Source of the DNA: Eledone cirrhosa
Taxonomy: Eukaryota
Reading direction: 5' to 3'
Assembly (NCBI GenBank): GCA_964016885.1
Contig: OZ024763.1
Location: 10,230,001-10,294,000 of the forward strand
DNA length: 64,000 nt
Below are positions 47,732 to 57,600 of the stretch, piece after piece; positions within the stretch are counted from its first letter, which is position 1; the number at the start of each line of letters is the position of its first letter. Below the pieces are notes generated by a model. The model saw only the letters and a list, made by a program, of their open reading frames with translations. It did not search any database and was not told the origin of the DNA. Position numbers and translations under genes: made by a program.

Positions 47732-50705
47732 AAAATGTAAACATAAATAACAACACAATCAGTAGAGTATATGGAAGGAATAGATTAGTTTAACGCTTGA
47801 AATAGCAGGAAGAGGGTCTTAACGTTTCGGACGCTAGTCTTTCATCAGAAGAAAGAATGAGAAATTAGAAAGATTGAAGGGACGGGCAGGGCAGAATTGG
47901 AAAAAATGTTTTTAGAGAAAAATAACAGGTCCATTGATGTTGACATCTCTTGGAAAAGTGATATAAAGCTAAACAATGCAAAGTGGACGATAAGATGAAG
48001 GTAACAAAAACTTTAGTTACCTGGTAATCTTTGTTTTTGTTGCTGTTGTTTCTTATGTCCTAATATTTTGGGGGAAAATTCCCTTCATCAGAGTATAAGT
48101 CTCGAAATATTAGAAAAACAACAACAGCAACAAAAACAAAGACTCCCAGGTAACTAAATTTTTTGTTACCTCCATCTTATCATCCATTTTGTATTGTTTA
48201 GCTTTATATCACTTTCTACATTTTTTTTCTCTATTTTGCTTGGTTAGTATATCACCAAATTGTTAGTATTTTCTGAGTGTTTCAAGATTTGTTAATCTTT
48301 CATCAGTTGCACTCACTCAAAAGGTACAGGCATCAAATAGACTCTAGTCTATATAGAATTTTGCATGATGATCACTTGCTAGAGATGTTCATTTGCATAT
48401 AGAAATATTTATATATACGCAGTACATACATACATGGAGGCACATGGCTTAGTGGTTAGAGCATTGGCCTTGCAATCGAAAGGTTGTGAGTTCAATTCTC
48501 AGACCGGGTGATGTGTTGTTTCCTTGAGCAAGACACTTTATTTCACATTGCTCCAGTTTACTCAGCTGTAGAAATGAGATGATAGGGACTGGGGTCCATA
48601 TCATTCCACTGTAAAGTGGTCGTGTAGGCGCCACGAAAAAAAAAGCACCCAGCACTCACTGTAAATGAGGTTGGTGTTAGGAAGGGCATCCAGCTGTAGA
48701 AATCAGTTCCCGTCCCACCCTTGCAAGCAGGGAAAAGCGGACGTAAAATGATGATGATGATATACATACACGCATATACATTCACGCATACACATACATA
48801 CATATACATATACATACATACATATACATATACATACATACATATGCATACATATACATACATATACATACATATACATACACACATATACTTACATATA
48901 CATATATATACATACATATACATACACACAAATAATGCTTGCATTGCATGTATATTTGTATTAAATGAGTGTGTATTGTGTATATATGTGTAATATTCAG
49001 TACATATTTTGTGTATATATACTACACATGTATATAACACATGTGTAGTATATATACTACACATGTATATAACACATGTGTAGTATATATACTACACATG
49101 TATATAACACGTGTAGTATATATACAACACATGTATATAACACGTGTAGTATATATACTACACATGTATATAATACATGTGTAGTATATATACAACACAT
49201 GTATATAACACGTGTAGTATATATACTACACATGTATATAACACATGTGTAGTATATATACTACACATGTATATAATACATGTATAGTATATAATATATA
49301 TTTTACATGTTTAAACAGTAGTTATAGTTGTATTTTATTTTGTTGCAGTTATGCTGGAATGTTTTGTGAAATAATCGAAGGCTATTCAAAAGGTGCAGGT
49401 TATAAACCAGGGATGAAAGTTGAAGACATACACTTTCGAAACTCTTGGACTTCAGTGAACATCGAAGGATCGTGGCAATTCTTGAATTGCAACTGGGGAG
49501 CCAGGCATGTTAGAGCCCTACAGAATTCATTGGAGAATTTAGACCAGTGGGAACTGTCTGAATTCAACTATACTTGTGATGAGTTTTACTTCATCACCGA
49601 ACCTGAGGACCATATATACCAGCACTACCCAGACGACAGCCGGTGGCAGTTACTTGAGTCACCGATCTCCATTACAGAGTTTCTCAAGTTACCTCTCGTC
49701 AAATCGACCTTCTTCAACTATGGGCTGCGATTTGCGAACCATTATGAAAGTGTTGTGATCACAAACCACGGTGTGGCTGTCATTGAACTTAAGATGCCAA
49801 CATTGCTAGGGTTTGGCTACACTCTGGTAGCCAAAAGTAAAAATGCTGACAATGTCCCCGTGGAAGGCAGAACTATGCTAAGGATTATCGGACGTAAGGC
49901 CATATTTACGGTAGCACCTCCAAAACCAGGCAAGTTCTATTTCACGATATTTGCTAAGGAACACTGGGACTCAGACTCCCTACAGAGTGCGTGTTCTTTT
50001 CTAGTGAAATGTCCTGAAAAAGAAAAAGTCCAGCGGCACAGCTTTCCCCTCGTTCCCTTTTTTGGACCCACCCCAAGTTTAAGTGACTTTGGTCTGCTGC
50101 CGATCAGTCATATCGATCCCTTTATTTTGTATGAAGGAGAAGACCTTCATTTTCGGTTTGAAATCAATAGTTTTGCCAAAATTTCGCATTCGCTACAGTT
50201 TCAGGGATCAACAGAGGCGACAAACATTGAAGACTTTAACCGATTTGCTTTTGTCCGATTCCGGGACGAGACGACAATATCCTACCAAATCCGATGTCCC
50301 GTGAGAGGATTTTATGTGTTTTCGTTGTTTGGCTGTGACCGGGACGTCTCCGGAGAAGAAACCTATGACTGTATATTCAGATATCTAATCAACTGTAAAT
50401 TGATGTCAAAGGACAGGAGGCCGTTACCGCGGGCATGTCATCGGTGGTATAACTGTACACTGCTTGATCCACAAGTTGGGGACATCAATCCAGACAAGCG
50501 GATTACATTCCGTGTGTGTGTACCAGCAGCTGTGGACATTGCCATGCTCATAGATGACACCTGGTTCCATTTCCGAGAGTCTTCACCTGGAATATGGGAA
50601 GGAACAGTGGTCGCAGGTCGGAGAGCTTGTGGTGCCAAAATATATGCCAAATTAAACAGAGACAAATCTCGGTTTTCACCTCTTCTTGAGTTTAGAGTGA
50701 AATAA
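36107..50705 (+). CDS. Hillarin / kyphoscoliosis-peptidase-like (transglutaminase-like domain) gene, 5'-partial, 6 coding exons: 36107-36214, 38920-39306, 41669-41815, 42566-42648, 46660-46806, 49349-50705
   Basis: All exons have AG/GT boundaries and compatible phases (0,0,0,2,2) and splice into one frame of about 742 aa ending in TAA at 50703-50705. Hillarin-type motifs are present: TFTELVRDLT..ELEKTR-ALYRWVT.KDLN, SPYGLLRGIKLGTETYHDLF, SYAGMFCEIIEGYSKGAGYKPG, FRNSWTSV, WQFLNCNWGARH, DEFYFITEPEDHIYQHYPDDSRWQLL. Confidence 0.88.
36455..36640. repeat. 48-bp tandem repeat of a piggyBac-like terminus (...aaagggttaa), ~4 copies
   Basis: cagtgtctttcattagaaatatggtaatgaaagggttaatgacataga repeated. 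Confidence 0.75.
36680..38520 (+). mobile_element. Degenerate RTE-clade LINE with PHD-like Cys/His insert (intronic, sense)
   Basis: MQFGFVPGKST, FVDLEKAFDRVP, HQGSLLSLLLF, PWELLYVDDL, CSVCKK..CRKCKLWVHKGC..FICSQC, FCYLGD, LHGSETW. Confidence 0.9.
38920..39306 (+). CDS. Hillarin-like gene, coiled-coil exon (DFERSGVFAAQNDLEQLQK...EKLSLKQ)
   Basis: ttctgctag| acceptor, cag|gtattt donor, 387 nt, E/K/Q-rich heptad-like sequence; overlaps ORF 38977..39315. Confidence 0.88.
39538..41641. repeat. Minisatellite, 20-bp unit cagtg(ga/tt)actccacttact(t/c), ~105 copies, with ~411-bp higher-order duplication
   Basis: Direct reading; the shortened unit recurs at ~40570 and ~40981. Confidence 0.95.
41669..41815 (+). 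CDS. Hillarin-like gene exon (DKKSDSGEGSEEEG...FEQIDNHVFT)
   Basis: ttttacttttcag| acceptor, act|gtaagt donor, 147 nt, phase 0. Confidence 0.88.
41850..42308. repeat. (CAC/CAT)n tract
   Basis: Direct reading. Confidence 0.9.
42566..42648 (+). CDS. Hillarin-like gene exon (VTQKEHSTFTELVRDLTRNCHNELEKTR)
   Basis: tttttttaag| acceptor, acg|gtaaga donor, 83 nt, ends phase 2; family motif TFTELVRDL..ELEK. Confidence 0.88.
42995..43820 (+). repeat. 46-bp minisatellite (~13 copies, to ~43610) derived from a family-2 SINE segment, followed by the SINE 3' end
   Basis: aaaagcacccagcccacactaaggtggtcatgtaggtgtcataaca repeated, then ggtgttaggaagggcatccagcc...gatgatga. Confidence 0.9.
44017..44490. repeat. 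Minisatellite, ~78-bp unit, ~6 copies
   Basis: taactaccacaacaccaggtgtgaggctatttcttccagatgtctcacacactaaccttgtgtctctgtccatatat repeated. Confidence 0.92.
44740..46670. repeat. ~92-bp compound (CT)n/(TA)n minisatellite containing 19 copies of the exon acceptor ccag|agcactgtatc
   Basis: 19 occurrences of cagagcactgtatc counted by eye; the last continues into coding sequence. Confidence 0.93.
46660..46806 (+). CDS. Hillarin-like gene exon (ALYRWVTWKDLNKLHIDD...GIKLGTETYHDLFRK)
   Basis: tctctccag| acceptor is the last unit of the upstream minisatellite; cag|gtggag donor; 147 nt, phase 2 to 2. The last few codons look error-affected. Confidence 0.82.
47310..47730. repeat. (TA)n compound microsatellite
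   Basis: Direct reading. Confidence 0.92.
47817..47852 (-). ncRNA. Minimal type I hammerhead ribozyme motif (Penelope-type)
   Basis: Minus strand: tctt-CTGATGA-aa[gac tagc gtc]c-GAAAC-GTT-aaga; palindromic AACGTT stem III. Confidence 0.68.
47955..48215. mobile_element. Older fold-back element (~115-bp inverted arms) with a decayed hammerhead at the centre
   Basis: aaagtgatataaagctaaacaa...ctaatattt versus aaatattag...ttgtttagctttatatcacttt; minus-strand CTGATGA-agggaattttcccc-cAAAA-tat-TA. Confidence 0.65.
48436..48761 (+). mobile_element. Family-2 SINE, full length
   Basis: A box tggcttagtgg, B box gagttcaattc, CORE-like centre, tail cttgcaagcagggaaaagcggacgtaaaatgatgatga. Confidence 0.9.
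49015..49290. repeat. Palindromic ~35-bp minisatellite (actacacatgtatataacacatgtgtagtatatat)
   Basis: About 8 copies; each unit is largely self-complementary. Confidence 0.85.
49349..50705 (+). CDS. Hillarin-like gene terminal exon: transglutaminase-like core plus C-terminal beta-rich repeats
   Basis: ttttgttgcag| acceptor; long normal-complexity ORF (49245..50705 in the track) with YAG..IEGYSKG, NSWTSV, NCNWGA and YF.T.P..HIY.H.P motifs of the KY/hillarin family. Confidence 0.93.
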
Positions 50706-50974
50706 CATGAGGAGGAGCTCACACTCACACTTACACTCACATTGTACAAAGGTTGTATTTATTAACGAATGCCATCATATCATTTCTGTTAGTCTTCTTG
50801 GGTCCAGAAGTGACCACCACCAATTGATATTAACATTATAACATCAACAATATTAATGACATCATTAGTTTTATTAACTGAAATTAAAAAATAATTAACA
50901 AACAATTATGATTTTATTTCTGCCTAAATTAAAACTGTTTTCTCATGTTTTATATTTCTTTCCTTCAATTATTT

Positions 50975-51232
50975 CAACGACAACAACAACCACAACAATA
51001 GTGACAACAACAACCACAACAATAACGACGACAACAACAGCAACAACAACAGCAGCAACAACAATAACGACAACAACAACAATAACAACAGCAACAACGA
51101 CAACAACAATAACAACGACAACAACAACCACAACAATAACGACGACAACAACAACAATAACAATGACAACAACAACAACAATAACAACAACAATGACGAC
51201 AACACAAAAACAATGATGACAACAGTAACAAC
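50975..51232. repeat. (AAC)n-based tract downstream of the stop codon
   Basis: Direct reading. Confidence 0.9.
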
Positions 51233-51281
51233 ATTTATAGGCTCCATGTATTGGAGATGTTTATGGGTAGTGGTAGTTCCT

Positions 51282-51610
51282 TAACCCTTTAGCATTTAAA
51301 TGGGCCATATCTGGCCAGAATTCTCTCACCTCTTTCGGTTCAAACCAGCCATAACTGGCCACTCATACTGATGTTAAGGTTTTAATCTCAAAATCTTGTA
51401 GATTCGATATTATGTGAGATATTATGTGAGGTAAAGCCTTTACCATGAAAATACAATAGTATATATAGAGTAATGTAAATGTTATGTGAGATATTATGTG
51501 AGATAAGGCCTTTACTGTGAAAATACAATAGTATATATAGTGTAATGTAAATGTTATGAGATATTATGTAAGATAAAGTCTTTACTGTGAAAATGCAATA
51601 GTATATATAT
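51282..51610. mobile_element. Left part of a piggyBac-like non-autonomous element (same family as 32941-33606)
   Basis: ttaaccctttagcattt terminus, shared body and ~72-bp repeats; right terminus not seen. Confidence 0.65.
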
Positions 51611-54600
51611 AGTCATTTATAGTCATTTATAGTCATTTATAGTGACGTTTTAGTCATTTATGATGACGTTTTAGCGATTTTACTCATTTATAATGCGTTT
51701 TAGCCATTTTAGTCATTTATGATGCCGTTTTAGCCATTTTAGCTATTTATGATGCCGTTTTAGCCATTTTAGTCATTTATAGTGACGTTTTAGTCATTTA
51801 TAATGACGTTTTAGTCATTTATGATGACGTTTTAGTCAATTATGATGACGTTTTTGTCATTTTACTCATTTATGATGCCGCTTTAGTCATTCATAATGTC
51901 ATTTTAGCCATTTTAGTCATTTATGATGACGTTTTAGTCATTTATGATGACGTTTCAGCCATTTTACTCATTTGTTATGCCTTTTTAGCCATTTATGATG
52001 ACGTTTTAGTCATTTCAGTCATTTATGGTGACGTTTTAGTCGTTTATGATGACGTTTTAGTAATTTATGATGACGTTTTGGCCATTTGACTCATTTATGA
52101 TGCCGTTTTAGTCATTCATAATTCTGTTTTAGCCATTTTAGTCATTTATGATGACGTTTGTAGGGATTTTAGGCATTTATGATGCCGTTTTAGCCATTTT
52201 ACCCATTTATGATGCCGTTTCAGCCATTTTACTCATTTATGGAGACGGTTTACTCATTTATGATGACGTTTTGGCCATTTTACTCATTTATGATGCCTTT
52301 TTAGCCATTTTATTCATTTATAATACAGTTTAGCCATTTCAGCCATTTATGATACCGTTTTAGCCATTTTATTCATTTATGGTGACGTTTTAGTCATACA
52401 TGATGAAGTTTTATTCATTTATGATAACGTTTTAGCCATTTTACTCATTTATGATGCCTTTTTAGACATTATAGTCATTTATGATGCCGTTTTAGCCATT
52501 TTAGTCATTTATGCTGCCGTTTTAGCCATTTATGATGACGTTTTAGTCATTTATGATGACGTTTTGGCTATTTAACTCATTTATGATGTCTTTTTAGCCA
52601 TCTTAGTCATTTATGATGCCGTTTTAGACATTTTAGTCATTTATGGTGACGTTTTAGTCGTTTATGAAGACGTTTTAGTCATTTATGATGACGTTTTAGC
52701 CATTTTACTTATTTATGATGCCTTCTTAGCCGTTTTAGTCATTTATAATGCCGTTTTAGCCATTTATTATGCTGTTTTAGCCATTTTAGTCATTTATGGT
52801 GACGTTTTAGTCATTTATTATGACGTTTTAGTCATTTATGATGCCGTTTTAGCCATTTTAACCATTTATGATGCGGTTTTAGCCATTTTATTCATTTATG
52901 GTGACGTTTTAGTCATTTATGATGACGTTTTAGTAATTTATGATAACGTTTTGGCCATTTTACACATTTATGATGCCGTTTTAGTCATTCATAATGCCGT
53001 TTTAGCCATTTTAGTCATTTATGATGACGTTTTAGTCATTTATGATGACGTTTCAGCCATTTTACTCATTTATTATGCCTTTTGAGCCATTTGTGATGAC
53101 GTTTTAGCCATTTTAGTGATTTATGATCACGTTTAGTCGTTTATGATGACGTTATAGCCATTTTAGTCACTTATGATGCCGTTTTAGCCATTTATGATGC
53201 CGTTTTAGCCATTTCAGTCATTTATGGTGACGTTTTAGTCGTTTATGATGACGTTTTAGTAATTTATGATGACGTTTTGGCCATTTGACTCATTTATGAT
53301 GCCGTTTTAGTCATTCATAATGCCGTTTTAGCCATTTTCATCATTTATGATGATGTTTTAGACATTTATGATGAAGTTTCAGCAATTTTACTCATTTATG
53401 ATGCCTTTTTAGCCATTTTAGCCATTTATGATGCCTTTTTAGCCATTTTAGTCATTCATGATGCCGTTTTAGCCATTTATGATGCCGTTTTGCCCATTTT
53501 AGTCAATTTTAGTAATTTATGGTGGCGTTTTATTCATTTCTGAAGACGTTTTAGTGATTTAGTATGACGTTTTAGCCATTTTACTCATTTATGATGCCTT
53601 TTTAGCCGTTTAATCATTTATGATGCCGTTTTCGCGATTTTAGCCATTTATGATGCCGTTTCAGTCATTAATGGAGACGTTTTACTCATTTATGATGACG
53701 TTTTAGCCATTTTAGTCATTTATGATGCCGTTTTAGGTCATTTATAATGCCGTTTTAGGCCATTTGACTCATTTATGATGCCGTTTTAGTCATTCATAAT
53801 GCCGTTTTAGCCATTTTCATCATTTATGCTGATGTTTTAGACATTTATGATGACGTTTTTGTCATTCATGAGGATGATTTAGTCATTTATGATGACGTCT
53901 TAGCCATTTTAGTCATTTATGATACAGTTTTAGCCATTGATGATGCCGTTGTAACCATTTATTATGACGTTTTAATCATTTATGATGACGTTTTAGCCAT
54001 TTTACTCATTTATGATGATATTTTAGTCATTAATGATGCCATTTTAGTCATTTATGTTAACGCTTTAGTCATTTATGATGACGTTTTAGTCATTTTAGTC
54101 ATTTATGGTGACGTTTTAGTCATTTATGTGACGTTTTAGCCATTTTACTCATTTATGATGCCATTTTAGCCATTTATGATGCCTTTTTAGCCATTTATGA
54201 TGATGTTTTAGTCATTTATGATGACGTTTTGGACATTGTACTCATTTATGATGCCGTTTGAGCCATTTATGATGACGTTTTAGCCATTTTAGTCATTTAT
54301 AGTGACGTTTTAGTCATTTATGATGACGTTTTAGTCATTCATAATGCCATTTTAGCCATTTTAGTCATTTATGATGACGTTTTAGCGATTTTACTCATTT
54401 ATAATGCCTTTTAGCCATTTTAGTCATTTATGATGCCGTTTTAGCCATTTTAGCTATTTATGATGCCGTTTTAGCCATTTTAGTCATTTATGGTGACGTT
54501 TTAGTCATTTATAATGACGTTTTAGTCATTTATGATGACGTTTTTGTCATTTTACTCATTTATGATGCCGCTTTAGTCATTCATAATGCCATTTTAGCCA

Positions 54601-57600
54601 TTTTAGTCATTTATGATGACGTTTTAGTCATTTATGATGACGTTTCAGCCATTTTACTCATTTGTTATGACTTTTTAGCCATTTATGATGACGTTTTAGT
54701 CATTTCAGTCATTTATGGTGGTGACGTTTTAGTCGTTTATGATGACGTTTTAGTAAGTTATGATGACGTTTTGGCCATTTGACTCATTTATGATGCCGTT
54801 TTAGTCATTCATAATGCTGTTTTAGCCATTTTAGTCATTTATGATGACGCTTGTAGTGATTTTAGTCATTTATGATGCCGTTTTAGCCATTTTACCCATT
54901 TATGATGCCGTTTCAGCCATTCTACTCATTTATGGAGACGCTTTACTAATTTATGATGACGTTTTGGCCATTTTACTCATTTATGATGCCTTTTTAGCCA
55001 TTTTATTCATTTATAATACCGTTTTAGCCATTTCGGCCATTTATGATACCGTTTTAGCCATTTTATTCATTTATGGTGACGTTTTAGTCATACATGATGA
55101 AGTTTTATTCATTTATGATAACGTTTTAGCCATTTTACTCATTTATGATGCCTTTTTAGCCATTATAGTCATTTATGATGCCGTTTTAGCCATTTTAGTC
55201 ATTTATGCTGCCGTTTTAGCCATTTATGATGACGTTTTAGTCATTTATGGTGACGTTTTGGTCATTTAACTCATTTATGATGTCTTTTTAGCCATCTTAG
55301 TCATTTATTATGCCGTTTTAGACATTTTAGTCATTTATGGTGACGTTTTAGTCGTTTATGAAGACGTTTTAGTCGTTTATGAAGACGTTTTAGTCATTTA
55401 TGATGACGTTTTAGTCATTTATGATGACGTTTTAGCCATTTTACTTATTTATGATGCCTTTTTAGCCGTTTTAGTCATTTATGATGCAGTTTTAGCCATT
55501 TATTATGCCGTTTTAGCCATTTTTGTCATTTATGGTGACGTTTTAGTCATTTATTATGACGTTTTAGTCATTTATGATGCCGTTTTAGCCATTTTAACCA
55601 TTTATGATGCGGTTTTAGCCACTTTATTCATTTATGGTAACGTTTTAGTCATTTATAATGACGTTTTAGTAATTTATGATCACGTTTTGGCCATTTTACA
55701 CATTTATGATGCCGTTTTAGTCATTCATAATGCTGTTTTAGCCATTTTAGTCATTTATGATGACGTTTGTAGTGATTTTAGTCATTTATGATGCCGTTTT
55801 AGCCATTTTACCCATTTATGATGCCGTTTCAGCCATTCTACTCATTTATGGAGACGCTTTACTAATTTATGATGACGTTTTGGCCATTTTACTCATTTAT
55901 GATGCCTTTTTAGCCATTTTATTCATTTATAATACCGTTTTAGCCATTTCAGCCATTTATGATACCGTTTTAGCCATTTTATTCATTTATGGTGACGTTT
56001 TAGTCATACATGATGAAGTTTTATTCATTTATGATAACGTTTTAGCCATTTTACTCATTTATGATGCCTTTTTAGCATTATAGTCATTTATGATGCCGTT
56101 TTAGCCATTTTAGTCATTTATGCTGCCGTTTTAGCCATTTATGATGACGTTTTAGTCATTTATGGGGACGTTTTTGCCATTTAACTCATTTATGATGTCT
56201 TTTTAGCCATCTTAGTCATTTATGATGCCGTTTTAGACATTTTAGTCATTTATGGTGACGTTTTAGTCGTTTATGAAGACGTTTTAGTCATTTATGATGA
56301 CGTTTTAGCCATTTTACTTATTTATGATGCCCTTTTAGCCATTTTAGTCATTTATGGTGACGTTTTAGTCATTTATGATCACGTTTTGGCCATTTTACAC
56401 ATTTATGATGCCGTTTTAGTCATTCATAATGCCGTTTTAGCCATTTTAGTCATTTATGATGACGTTTTAGTCATTTATGATGACGTTTCAGCCATTTTAC
56501 TCATTTGTTATGACTTTTTAGCCATTTATGATGACGTTTTAGTCATTTCAGTCATTTATGGTGGTGACGTTTTAGTCGTTTATGATGACGTTTTAGTAAT
56601 TTATGATGACGTTTTGGCCATTTGACTCATTTATGATGCCGTTTTAGTCATTCATAATGCTGTTTTAGCCATTTTAGTCATTTATGATGACGCTTGTAGT
56701 GATTTTAGTCATTTATGATGCCGTTTTAGCCATTTTACCCATTTATGATGCCGTTTCAGCCATTCTACTCATTTATGGAGACGCTTTACTAATTTATGAT
56801 GACGTTTTGGCCATTTTACTCATTTATGATGCCTTTTTAGCCATTTTATTCATTTATAATACCGTTTTAGCCATTTCGGCCATTTATGATACCGTTTTAG
56901 CCATTTTATTCATTTATGGTGACGTTTTAGTCATACATGATGAAGTTTTATTCATTTATGATAACGTTTTAGCCATTTTACTCATTTATGATGCCTTTTT
57001 AGCCATTATAGTCATTTATGATGCCGTTTTAGCCATTTTAGTCATTTATGCTGCCGTTTTAGCCTTTTATGATGACGTTTTAGTCATTTATGGTGACGTT
57101 TTGGTCATTTAACTCATTTATGTCTTTTTAGCCATCTTAGTCATTTATTATGCCGTTTTAGACATTTTAGTCATTTATGGTGACGTTGTAGTCGTTTATG
57201 AAGACGTTTTAGTCATTTATGATGACGTTTTAGTCATTTATGATGACGTTTTAGTCATTTATGATGACGTTTTAGCCATTTTACTTATTTATGATGCCTT
57301 TTTAGCCGTTTTAGTCATTTATGATGCAGTTTTAGCCATTTATTATGCCGTTTTAGCCATTTTTGTCATTTATGGTGACGTTTTAGTCATTTATTATGAC
57401 GTTTTAGTCATTTATGATGCCGTTTTAGCCATTTTAACCATTTATGATGCCGTTTCAGCCATTCTACTCATTTATGGAGACGCTTTACTAATTTATGATG
57501 ACGTTTTGGCCATTTTACTCATTTATGATGCCTTTTTAGCCATTTTATTCATTTATAATACCGTTTTAGCCATTTCGGCCATTTATGATACCGTTTTAGC

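Noticed and set aside
48436-48512. tRNA-like sequence with A and B boxes
   Set aside because: Head of a multi-copy SINE continuing into CORE-like and tail modules; not a tRNA gene (same for the other SINE heads)
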